From positions 1 to 45,475 of the forward strand of contig CAZMYZ010000007.1 in NCBI GenBank assembly GCA_964570795.1: a stretch of DNA of 45,475 bases, given 5' to 3'. Source of the DNA: an uncultured Candidatus Saccharibacteria bacterium. GTDB lineage: Bacteria > Patescibacteriota > Minisyncoccia > Phycocordibacterales > UBA918. Below are positions 1 to 7,609 of the stretch, in pieces (the stretch's first letter is position 1; each line of letters starts with the position of its first letter). Both the position numbers and the translations under genes were made by a program. A model generated the notes under the pieces. The model was not told the DNA's origin, ran no database searches, and saw only the letters and a program-made list of their open reading frames with translations.

Positions 1-1352
1 GCAAAAACGGCAACGGTGGTCATGGTGCCGCCAATGAGCGGCCATGCGTATTCTTTGATAGCGGCTTTTGCAGCGTCGTCGGCATTGCCATACTTTTGCA
101 TGCGCGTGTGAATTGCTTCGGTAATCACAATCCCTGAGTCCACCAAGATACCCACCGCAAGGATGAGTGAGAAAAGGGAAATGAAGTTAATGGTGTTGCC
201 CGAAGCGTATAGTCCGATAAAGGCAATCACAAAAGAAAGGGGGATTGAAAGTGCCGCCACGAGTGACTCACGCCATCCAATAGTGAGAAGGAGACAAATA
301 ATCACGAGTGCCACGGTTTCAAAACCAGTGGTGACAAGTTCAGAAAGGTCTTTGCGTACCGTCTCACCCTGGTCGTACACGACGAGTACCTGAGATGATG
401 CAAGGAGGCCGCCATCCTTTTGCATAGCCTCCATTTTTTCAAGAACAGCGGCAGACATCTCAGTGACATCGACACCTGCACGTTTAAAAATGGAAAGGGT
501 AAATGCCGCCTCTGCGGGTGCCCCTGCTACGGATACTCGTGAGATACTCGTCTCACGTTCGACACCGTTGGTTACGGTGGCAACATCGCGCACATATACC
601 GGCACCCCGTTTCCCATACTTACAGGAATATTTTCGATTTCACTTACCTCAGTGAGTTTGCCTTCATAGCGTACTGCGTACTCAATATCGTCGGTGACCA
701 CGGTACCTACGGGCATGGTGAGATTGGCGAGTCCGAGTGCGCGCGACACATCACTTAAGGTAAGCCCATACGCATTGAGTGCGGATTCGCGCACGGACAC
801 CTGTACTTGGTGTGGGCGTGTACCCTCAATCGTTACTTCAGATACACCACGTACATTTTTAAATTCGTCTGCTACCGTCTCGGCAAGTGCGGTAAATTCA
901 AGTGCAGGCAGGTCGGAGGACACCGAAAGCATGAGTATTGGTTGATTGGCAAAATCCACTTTGCTTACGAGTGGGTCAGTGGCATCTTCAGGAAGGTCTT
1001 GTTTTGCGGTATCGACAGCGTCCTTCAAGTCCTGAATAGATTTGTCGATATCGGCACTTGCGTCAAAATTAGCCACAATGATAGACGCACCGTCACGAGA
1101 AGTGGAGGTGAGTGAATCGAGATTGTCGACGTTGCTTATTTCACGTTCGAGTTTGTTGGTGATGAGTTCCTCGATATCGAGTGCAGATGCACCAGGGTAG
1201 ATGGTGGAAACAATACCAATAGGCACAATAACCTCTGGTGCAGATTCCTTGGGAATTGCAAAGAGGGAATAGAGACCAATACCCACAAGCGCTGCAATAA
1301 GAAGCAGGCTGAATTCGCGTTTTCGTAAAAAGAAAAACCAAAGTGCGTGCAT
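1..1352 (-). CDS. RND-family efflux permease (AcrB/HAE1-like), N-terminal ~450 aa; the gene runs off the left edge
   Basis: Hand translation of the minus strand from the ATG at 1352-1350 gives MHALWFFFLRKREFSLLLIAALVGIGLYSLFAIPKESAPEVIVPIGIVSTIYPGASALDIEELITNKLEREISNVDNLDSLTSTSRDGASIIVANFD... and stays open to position 1. A TM1 helix followed by a large periplasmic loop is typical of AcrB-type pumps. The start lies 2 nt after the stop of the adaptor gene. It is absent from the ORF track only because the window edge truncates it. Confidence 0.8.
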   Translation of the reverse strand, partial: MHALWFFFLRKREFSLLLIAALVGIGLYSLFAIPKESAPEVIVPIGIVSTIYPGASALDIEELITNKLEREISNVDNLDSLTSTSRDGASIIVANFDASADIDKSIQDLKDAVDTAKQDLPEDATDPLVSKVDFANQPILMLSVSSDLPALEFTALAETVADEFKNVRGVSEVTIEGTRPHQVQVSVRESALNAYGLTLSDVSRALGLANLTMPVGTVVTDDIEYAVRYEGKLTEVSEIENIPVSMGNGVPVYVRDVATVTNGVERETSISRVSVAGAPAEAAFTLSIFKRAGVDVTEMSAAVLEKMEAMQKDGGLLASSQVLVVYDQGETVRKDLSELVTTGFETVALVIICLLLTIGWRESLVAALSIPLSFVIAFIGLYASGNTINFISLFSLILAVGILVDSGIVITEAIHTRMQKYGNADDAAKAAIKEYAWPLIGGTMTTVAVF

Positions 1353-1353
1353 A

Positions 1354-2928
1354 TTATTGTTGGGTTACTGATACTGTGTCTCCCTCTTTGCGTCCGCGCG
1401 CGTCGGTAATGATGCGGCTTTCGTGGGTAATACCGTCGGTCACTTCTACAGAATCACCAAGAATTGCGCCAAGGGTTACGGGGTAGGCTACGAGGGTATT
1501 CGTATCACTTACACCAAAGACCACCGAGCCCGATGCAAGCATTTTAATTGCTTTGAGTGGTACGACAATAACTGTAGATTCCTGCTGTGTACTTTCAGAA
1601 AATACGACTGATACGGTACTGCCGTTTTTAAGTGAGAGTGATTCATCAACACTGATTTTCACTTCACTCTTTCCCGTACTGGGGTCGATGGCAGGTGCAA
1701 TTTGTGAAATGGTACCGGTTGCAGTATTGTTTACGGAAACGATGTCGCCAATGTGTACGCGTGCAAGGTCTTTCTCGCCCAGGGCAGTACTGATTTCGAG
1801 TGAACCGTTGTTTGCGACAATTGCCGTCTGAGCGCCAATGCTGATGTATTCACCCTCCGTGATATTGAGTGCATTCACCACACCGCTAATAGGTGTACGG
1901 ACAAGAGTTTTTTCATAGTTTACCTGCGCGCTCCTGAGTGCGCCAAGTGCCTGCTTTACCTGTGCATTCGCAAGGGAAACTTCGGGATTTTCGGTGCCAC
2001 CTATTTGTGCACGACGTACATTTTCACGTGCTGAGGTGAGTGTTGTTTTTGCGTTTGCGATAGCACTTAAGGTGCCATTGAGAGAAGTACGCGCACTATT
2101 GAGTCCGGGCATGTATTCACTGACGAGTGTGTCTTTGAGTACATCGTCACTGTCTGCTTTACCCGCTGCATAGACAAGTGCATCGAGGATACCAATAAGT
2201 TCCTGTGTGCGTGCTTCAGCGGTCACGAGTGCCGCATCGAGATCTGCACTCGTGGTGAGTGCGGTGCTTTCCTTTTGCCAGAGTGCAAGTGTCTTTCCAA
2301 ATGCGTAACGTGCGGTGTTGAGGTATTCACCTTTGCCTTCCGAGCCGATACGAATACCCGGGGTTTGTGAGTCAGGATTACCAAAAAATACGTCTACGGT
2401 ATTGAGGGTGATGTCGTGTGCAGAAATATAAGTGTTGCGGTAGGTGGTGACGGCATTGTTTTCTGCTGAGCGAAGTGCATTTTCTGCATCTCCGACAGAG
2501 ATCTCACTCACTGCTGCACCCGCGCGTGCAGATTCATATGCGGCTTCCGCCTGAAGCAACTGTGCGCGCTCGCTGCCGTTTTCTATTGAGCCAAGCACTG
2601 TGCCTGCATACACGCGGTCACCTATTTTTGCATTGACAGCAGTAATGCGCCCGCCGGCTTCTGCCTGCAATTTTGCTTCTGAGACCGCACGTACGGTACC
2701 TACAACCGAGAAGGTGCTCTTGCTTCCGAAGTTACCCACGGTCTCGAGTGTTACTGCGGGAAGGGAGGGTGTCACCATTTCAGTGTTGGCGTCATTGCCA
2801 CCGAGGACGACTACAAGTATGCCGAGCACGATGATAAGTCCTCCAATACGAAGAACCTTAGCACGGGTGCTTTGAGGCATAAAGAAAGCGACAGTTTTCC
2901 GAAGAAAACCAGTAATTGATTGAATCAT
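1354..2928 (-). CDS. Efflux RND periplasmic adaptor (HlyD/AcrA membrane-fusion family)
   Basis: 524-aa ORF. It has an N-terminal anchor (VLRIGGLIIVLGILVVVLGG), a long Ala/Leu-rich coiled-coil middle and a beta-rich C-terminus (TPISGVVNALNITEGEYI...). It is tightly coupled to the downstream RND permease. Confidence 0.8.
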   Translation of the reverse strand: MIQSITGFLRKTVAFFMPQSTRAKVLRIGGLIIVLGILVVVLGGNDANTEMVTPSLPAVTLETVGNFGSKSTFSVVGTVRAVSEAKLQAEAGGRITAVNAKIGDRVYAGTVLGSIENGSERAQLLQAEAAYESARAGAAVSEISVGDAENALRSAENNAVTTYRNTYISAHDITLNTVDVFFGNPDSQTPGIRIGSEGKGEYLNTARYAFGKTLALWQKESTALTTSADLDAALVTAEARTQELIGILDALVYAAGKADSDDVLKDTLVSEYMPGLNSARTSLNGTLSAIANAKTTLTSARENVRRAQIGGTENPEVSLANAQVKQALGALRSAQVNYEKTLVRTPISGVVNALNITEGEYISIGAQTAIVANNGSLEISTALGEKDLARVHIGDIVSVNNTATGTISQIAPAIDPSTGKSEVKISVDESLSLKNGSTVSVVFSESTQQESTVIVVPLKAIKMLASGSVVFGVSDTNTLVAYPVTLGAILGDSVEVTDGITHESRIITDARGRKEGDTVSVTQQ

Positions 2929-3012
2929 ACGGTCAAAAATATAAAGAAACTAAGACAAAAACTGTACATGATTTTCATCTAAAAGTCAATGTTTCCGCGA
3001 TGGTTTTGAGAT

Positions 3013-3039
3013 ATAAAAAGCCCCGACATGTGTCGGGGC
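3013..3039 (-). terminator. Intrinsic terminator after the 3056..3394 gene
   Basis: GCCCCGACA/TGTCGGGGC stem at 3020-3039. An A-run at 3015-3019 gives a U-tract on the minus strand. Confidence 0.7.
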
Positions 3040-3055
3040 TTTGGTGCCCCATTTT

Positions 3056-3394
3056 TTACCGATGGCGCTGCCGGTATTCATGAAGCCATTCGAGGCAGAG
3101 TGTGCATATTCTCGCCATGAGCATAATCCCTGCGTAAAGTACAAACGGTACAGAAATCAAACTCACGATTAATTGAATGATGTCGAGTGGACCCCATTCA
3201 ATTCGAAAAAGTACTGATGAATCTTTTGAGAGTAGGACATATACCATGATACCGAAGCCAGCATATGAACCAAAAATGATGCAAAAAATCCAACGCATTA
3301 TGCCAATTGGCTTCTTGAGTATTGCATAGCGAAGTCCTGCCCATAAAACAAAAATGCACAGGATCTTGATGAGTACTACATTTTCTTGAGTCAT
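3056..3394 (-). CDS. Small integral membrane protein (about 3 TM helices), unknown function
   Basis: 112-aa ORF dominated by hydrophobic helices (ILCIFVLWAGL, IFCIIFGSYAGFGIMVYVLL, IIQLIVSLISVPFVLYAGIMLMA). It has its own terminator. Confidence 0.6.
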   Translation of the reverse strand: MTQENVVLIKILCIFVLWAGLRYAILKKPIGIMRWIFCIIFGSYAGFGIMVYVLLSKDSSVLFRIEWGPLDIIQLIVSLISVPFVLYAGIMLMARICTLCLEWLHEYRQRHR

Positions 3395-3580
3395 GATGAA
3401 CTCCTACAGATTGTCTGGTGCAACAATACAATACTTTTGCAAAAAGTCTAGAGAGTTATCGTGGTGCTATGGTCGTGATGGCGATTCTGGCCACGGCAAA
3501 AACAATGCCGCTCGTCTTGTTCTTTCGCCGCAATGCACCGCAGCACAATACCTTGTAACAGAGGTGATGTGTATGCTTTC

Positions 3581-3623
3581 AATCGCATGGAACCCTCAAG
3601 GGTTTCATGCGATTTATTTTTAT
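3581..3623 (+). terminator. Strong plus-strand intrinsic terminator with no annotated plus-strand gene upstream
   Basis: 15-bp stem AATCGCATGGAACCC / GGGTTTCATGCGATT (one G-U pair), loop TCAA, then TATTTTTAT. The U-tract exists only on the plus strand. Confidence 0.65.
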
Positions 3624-3625
3624 AC

Positions 3626-3663
3626 AAAGAAATCGCCCACCAACTCTTTTGGAGTGGCGGGCG
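3626..3663 (-). terminator. Intrinsic terminator after the 3679..4089 gene
   Basis: Imperfect stem CGCCCACCAACTC / GGAGTGGCGGGCG with loop TTTT. AAAGAAAT on the plus strand gives a U-rich tract on the minus strand. Confidence 0.6.
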
Positions 3664-3678
3664 GTATGTGTTCGAGGA

Positions 3679-4089
3679 CTATTTTGTATAGTATTCACTT
3701 GGCACACGGAGGGAACCACATATGAACGAAATTTCCGCTTCTTGCAATTTGCGATTGAATATCGGTGCGAGTAACGACTGAATATCTTCGATATGGTCGA
3801 ATTCCTCGTCAGGTTCATGCCCATTACTGTCGCAGAGTGTTGCAAAGAGATGTATTTGGCAGGGAATGACTTCAGTCACCAATCCGTCGATACCCAGTTT
3901 TGCAATAGACCACCCTGGTATCGTACTGTTGTACTCTGCCGCCGTTTCATTGCATATAGAAATAAATGGCTCAAAAAGTTTCTTTTTGGCTGTGGCAAGT
4001 TTCTTTTCTCGCAAAGCGGTGCGCCTTTTGAGATTTGCGATTGCTTCGGTGTGGCGTGCAATTTTTGCAAGTAGGGGTTCAAAGTCCAT
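3679..4089 (-). CDS. Hypothetical protein (136 aa; basic coiled-coil N-terminus)
   Basis: ORF track entry with no recognisable motif, flanked by its own terminator. Confidence 0.5.
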   Translation of the reverse strand: MDFEPLLAKIARHTEAIANLKRRTALREKKLATAKKKLFEPFISICNETAAEYNSTIPGWSIAKLGIDGLVTEVIPCQIHLFATLCDSNGHEPDEEFDHIEDIQSLLAPIFNRKLQEAEISFICGSLRVPSEYYTK

Positions 4090-4176
4090 GATGCTCTCCT
4101 TCTGAGTATGTGGAACATAGTATGCGCATGTACAACTGCGTGCACTATAGTGTGTATTGTATCGTTGTGCAAGAGT

Positions 4177-4215
4177 AATAGAAATCGCCCGCCACTCCAG
4201 AGAGTTGCGGGCGAT
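4177..4215 (-). terminator. Intrinsic terminator after the 4225..4725 gene; paralogous in sequence to the one at 3626..3663
   Basis: ATCGCCCGC / GCGGGCGAT stem (4184-4192 / 4207-4215). It shares AGAAATCGCCC(A/G)CCA..CTC with the terminator 550 nt upstream. Confidence 0.5.
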
Positions 4216-4224
4216 AGTAGTACA

Positions 4225-4725
4225 TTATGCAATCTCGAGCACCTTACTTTTTGCTGGAGTGGGTGCGGGTACAGGTGTCCCATGTACTTGGCATAAGAGT
4301 GCGTAGAGGTATGCAGAAATAACAGGGGAGAGCACAAGTCCGACATTTTGGATATTTTCGCCGTCGAGATCAAATCCCTCTTCGAGGAAAAACATTGGAC
4401 TCACGCTGATATGGAGCAATGAGCGTAGGTGATGGCGTTTGAAGACATGCACGGCAATACCTTCTTCCCAAAACTCCCGTGGCACCTTTATCTCGATGCG
4501 ATAATCGAACTGCGGACCGTTTTGAAGAATACCTTTCCACCGCTCGTGCTCATCGCCGTGAGACAGATAGGTGCAGAAACCCTTTCCGCGCATGCCTTTG
4601 CGTATCCAGTCGCGTGCGTCTTCGACATCGAGAAAGTCAAAAATCTGACTCCCTACATATGCAATGAATACGCAGTTGCCTGTGGTGCGTGTGGGAAGTG
4701 CGTCGAGTACCATAGCGTACGGCAT
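4225..4725 (-). CDS. Hypothetical protein (166 aa)
   Basis: ORF track entry with no recognisable motif. Confidence 0.5.
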   Translation of the reverse strand: MPYAMVLDALPTRTTGNCVFIAYVGSQIFDFLDVEDARDWIRKGMRGKGFCTYLSHGDEHERWKGILQNGPQFDYRIEIKVPREFWEEGIAVHVFKRHHLRSLLHISVSPMFFLEEGFDLDGENIQNVGLVLSPVISAYLYALLCQVHGTPVPAPTPAKSKVLEIA

Positions 4726-4803
4726 AAGACCTCCTCAGTTGTGATGATGCTTCAAAATACTTCTGCGACAAGTATTACCACAGAAAAATATGTGTGTCAA
4801 AAT

Positions 4804-5604
4804 CTACGACACGAAAAACTCTATATAGCGCTTCTTCCAGGATGATTTAAATTGTGACACGGGTATAGAACCATTGCCCGAAGGTTCTGCAGGGTCGTTG
4901 TAGTAGAGAGTGTCGCCTTTGATACCAGTTACAATTACCAAATGCGGAATGGGGTTAGTAGGAGTGAAGGTGTAATGCACCGACGCCATTACGGGTCCTA
5001 CGGAAAGTGCCTTTTCAAATGCAGTAAATGCTACATCCATACTTGAGCCACCAAAGTCGTGTGTGGTGCCATTGAGGCCGTACTTGTGCGAGACTGCTAT
5101 GAGTCCTGCGTACGTCCAGCCAACGCTCGAGTATGCGTCTGCGGCAATACCTTCTTGGAGAAGTGTATCGACTGAGGTGAGGGAATCAGGATTATGAAAC
5201 TCAATAAGCATTGCAAGGCTTGCGATACCGCAGCCTATTTTTTTCCATTCAGGCGCGGTGATGTCGGTGAGTTGCGAGTAGAAGGGGACAAAAAAGACAC
5301 CACTTTGTGACACCAAAGGCTTTGCTTTCGGTGTCGCTTCTTTTACTTCCTCAACCACCTCTGGAGTAGGCTCGGGCTCAGGCAAAGTGTCTTCGATAAT
5401 AATTTCTTTAGGTATTATCTCCTCAGATGTGCCTACGTCTGTAGTGGTCTTAGGTAGGGGAGTGGAGACTTCAGCAATGGGCGCACTGATAGTGGCTACT
5501 GGCATAGGAGCGCTATAGGTGATGGGTGTGCCGGGTATGAGACCGAGCGCGATAAACATCGCACTTGCGCACACCACACCAACAATGAACTTTGTATTCA
5601 TCAA
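4804..5604 (-). CDS. Secreted or anchored C39-like cysteine peptidase (Peptidase_C39_2 / YvpB-BtrH-like)
   Basis: N-terminal signal/anchor (FIVGVVCASAMFIALGLIPG), a Pro/Glu/Thr linker, then a candidate Cys motif WKKIGCGIASLAMLIEF and a candidate His motif IPHLVIVTG....YYNDP. Confidence 0.65.
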   Translation of the reverse strand: MMNTKFIVGVVCASAMFIALGLIPGTPITYSAPMPVATISAPIAEVSTPLPKTTTDVGTSEEIIPKEIIIEDTLPEPEPTPEVVEEVKEATPKAKPLVSQSGVFFVPFYSQLTDITAPEWKKIGCGIASLAMLIEFHNPDSLTSVDTLLQEGIAADAYSSVGWTYAGLIAVSHKYGLNGTTHDFGGSSMDVAFTAFEKALSVGPVMASVHYTFTPTNPIPHLVIVTGIKGDTLYYNDPAEPSGNGSIPVSQFKSSWKKRYIEFFVS

Positions 5605-5670
5605 AACGCTACCAGTCTACCGTGAGGGTACTCTTGCCAACAACACATTTTATGTGGTCTTATTTTGTCT

Positions 5671-6591
5671 TCAATCTTGCACAGTTACCTTCATACCCAA
5701 TACGGCCCACGCATAGAGTTTTGCTGCTTCCGCAGGTGGCAGATTCACACATCCGTGTGAATACCGTGAGCCAAAACTATTGTGCCAGTATGCACCATGT
5801 ATTACGGCACCTTCGTCGGTGAAGTAGAGGTTCCAGGGTACCCCTGGTAAATCATATACATCAGTGTGTCCGGGAAGTGGTCCTTGCATGTACCGAGTAG
5901 GGGTCATCTTAAACACCGTAAAAGTCCCGCGTGGGGTAGGGGAAAACTCAAGCCCCGTAGAGATGTTGGTCTCCATGAAAAGTGTCTCTCCCTCATACGC
6001 ATAGAGTTTTTGCTCACTGCGATCGACGATAATGTATTTTGTGGTAGTAGCAACAGCAGCAGCAGCAGTCTTATTTTCCCAGATTGTCTTATTACCTTCG
6101 TCAGTAAGTGTGTCGGCAAAGTCTGCTGCCACATACCATTCACCCACTACTCGCTCAGGGTATTTGAGTACTTCATCAAAGACAATCTGGTACCACAGGT
6201 GCCCGTCTGCCTCTATGGTGGTGGTACTTATCTTGAGGAGAATGTTATTTCGAAGTTGTGTTACCACAGGGAATGAAAGACCGGGGCCCGAGCGCACCCG
6301 GACACACTCACCAACGAAGTGTATGTCACAACTATCTTTGATAATGATAAAGGTAGAAAGTTCCACAGGTGCAGGAACTTCTTTTTGCTCCACCACTTCC
6401 TCCAATTTTGCCTTTGGTGATGAAGTAGAAATCACTACTTCAAGGCTGCCAGGTGTGCTATCAATGTACTTTTGAGATGTGCTTGCATAAAAAAGCCATA
6501 GCGCAAAAATACCGGCAAGGAGAAAAAAGAAAGTCACCACACTGGTAAGTATGCGTGTGACTCTCTTTTCAGATTCTTTACTCATACACAC
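5671..6591 (-). CDS. L,D-transpeptidase (YkuD domain) with an SH3-like domain and an N-terminal membrane anchor
   Basis: C-terminal YIIVDRSEQKLYAYEG....PTPRGTF....HGAYWHNSFGSRYSHGCVNL carries the canonical YkuD His and Cys (SHGCVN). VRVRSGPGLSFPVVTQL resembles a bacterial SH3 domain. TM anchor: VVTFFFLLAGIFALWLF. Confidence 0.85.
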   Translation of the reverse strand: MCMSKESEKRVTRILTSVVTFFFLLAGIFALWLFYASTSQKYIDSTPGSLEVVISTSSPKAKLEEVVEQKEVPAPVELSTFIIIKDSCDIHFVGECVRVRSGPGLSFPVVTQLRNNILLKISTTTIEADGHLWYQIVFDEVLKYPERVVGEWYVAADFADTLTDEGNKTIWENKTAAAAVATTTKYIIVDRSEQKLYAYEGETLFMETNISTGLEFSPTPRGTFTVFKMTPTRYMQGPLPGHTDVYDLPGVPWNLYFTDEGAVIHGAYWHNSFGSRYSHGCVNLPPAEAAKLYAWAVLGMKVTVQD

Positions 6592-6650
6592 AAGTATATG
6601 CTTCTTTAAGTCGCTGCGTAATATGAGGTTAGTGAGTAAAAGAATAAGAC

Positions 6651-6680
6651 AAAAGAAAAACCGTTCGCATGTGCGAACGG
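6651..6680 (-). terminator. Intrinsic terminator after the 6718..7023 gene
   Basis: CCGTTCGCA TG TGCGAACGG stem at 6661-6680, preceded on the plus strand by AAAAGAAAAA, which is a U-tract on the minus strand. Confidence 0.7.
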
Positions 6681-6717
6681 TTTGGTGTGGTCGGTTGTGT
6701 CAAATTGCCGATACGCA

Positions 6718-7023
6718 TCACTCTTTGCATGAGTTGATGAAGGTGGCTAGTTGCATAACCAAAAAGGGGCATATTACGTACGGTGACTCATCGTACTTCA
6801 TGTCTTTACCAGGCATGAACTGATACCCTACGTTACTGACTGTATCCCCAACGAACTCAGCTTGAGTTTTGTTCAAAGTCGCGTCGCTATTGATGACATC
6901 AAGCAACGCATCGCACAACCGGAGGTTAAAATCGTTGTGTTTACGCTGGATGTCGGTTTGCGCCGTTTCTGCAAGACTTTGAGCGGCGTTACGCTGCTTG
7001 ATAAGTTCATCAGACGCTTTCAT
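6718..7023 (-). CDS. Hypothetical protein (101 aa)
   Basis: ORF track entry followed by a terminator. No recognisable motif. Confidence 0.45.
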   Translation of the reverse strand: MKASDELIKQRNAAQSLAETAQTDIQRKHNDFNLRLCDALLDVINSDATLNKTQAEFVGDTVSNVGYQFMPGKDMKYDESPYVICPFLVMQLATFINSCKE

Positions 7024-7268
7024 GACGTTACTCCTCTGTGTAATATCTGATTTATACAGTACATTATAAATTAAGCAATGTCAAGTTTTGTGGGGTAAAT
7101 TTGCTTCTGAAACGGTATAGTCTAATTTCCAGTGGCAGGAATTTCGATTCCTACAGAATCTGTTCAGGCCGTATGATATTTTCTCCTTTCAGTCGAAACT
7201 ATCGACGACCTCTTCGAATCCTGCACGAAGAGTGCCTATACACTCTTCTCACACGGAGCATCAACAAC

Positions 7269-7291
7269 AGAAAAACACTCCCGAAGGAGTG
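7269..7291 (-). terminator. Short hairpin plus U-tract immediately 3' of tRNA-Asn
   Basis: CACTCC CGAA GGAGTG at 7276-7291 with AAAAA at 7271-7275 (U-tract on the minus strand). It starts 16 nt after the tRNA 3' end. Confidence 0.5.
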
Positions 7292-7306
7292 CTTTTCTGT
7301 TGGATG

Positions 7307-7378
7307 CTCCGGTGGCAGGATTCGAACCTGCGACCAATTGATTAACAGTCAACTGCTCTACCGCTGAGCTACACCGGA
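7307..7378 (-). tRNA. tRNA-Asn (anticodon GTT), 72 nt, CCA not encoded
   Basis: The minus strand reads TCCGGTG TA GCTC AGCGGTA GAGC A GTTGA CTGTTAA TCAAT TGGTC GCAGG TTCGAAT CCTGC CACCGGA G. This folds as a 7-bp acceptor stem, 4-bp D stem, 5-bp anticodon stem, loop CTGTTAA (GTT) and a canonical T arm. Confidence 0.93.
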
Positions 7379-7558
7379 ATGAGGACGATAGTGGGAGCTT
7401 GCTCACACTAGATGTCCGAATGAACGGTGAAAGATTTTCTTCCACCGGAATGTACTTTATCCCTCGGTTAGGGACAGACAGCATTGTACAGAAAAATAGC
7501 GAGTCTGCAAATGGATAGTGAGGGATATGGGGGTACGAGAGGTTGGGTGTGTGGTCAC

Positions 7559-7586
7559 GAAAATGCCTTTAGAGAAAGGCATTTTC
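7559..7586 (-). terminator. Hairpin terminator after the large surface-protein gene
   Basis: Perfect 12-bp stem GAAAATGCCTTT AGAG AAAGGCATTTTC, 24 nt past the stop at 7610. Confidence 0.6.
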
Positions 7587-7609
7587 GGGGCGGATAGAAG
7601 ACAATCTTT

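Noticed and set aside
3393-3725. A 110-aa plus-strand ORF spans the spacer between two minus-strand genes.
   Set aside because: It reads straight through two intrinsic terminators (3581-3623 and 3626-3663), and its composition is not protein-like.
6046-6067. A short GCA/GCAGCA trinucleotide run lies inside the L,D-transpeptidase gene, and A7-A8 homopolymers lie inside the ATPase gene (about 20286-20294 and 21133-21140). These were considered as phase-variation tracts.
   Set aside because: The trinucleotide run stays in frame (poly-Ala) and is short. The homopolymers are within the normal range for an AT-moderate genome, and I cannot see any length variation from a single sequence.
7099-7235. 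tRNA-like fragments lie 3' of tRNA-Asn. One is a pseudo-acceptor pairing GCTTCTG/CAGAATC around an AGGAATTTCGATTCCT arm (7102-7159). Another is TTCGAATCCTGC in inverted orientation (7213-7224). A 10-nt direct repeat of the tRNA 5' end, CACCGGAATG, occurs at 7372-7381 and 7443-7452.
   Set aside because: No complete cloverleaf can be folded: there is no anticodon arm and the T loop has the wrong length. The shared strings are short and include the near-universal TTCGAATCC. No integrase is nearby. Decayed tRNA or att remnants are possible but unsupported.
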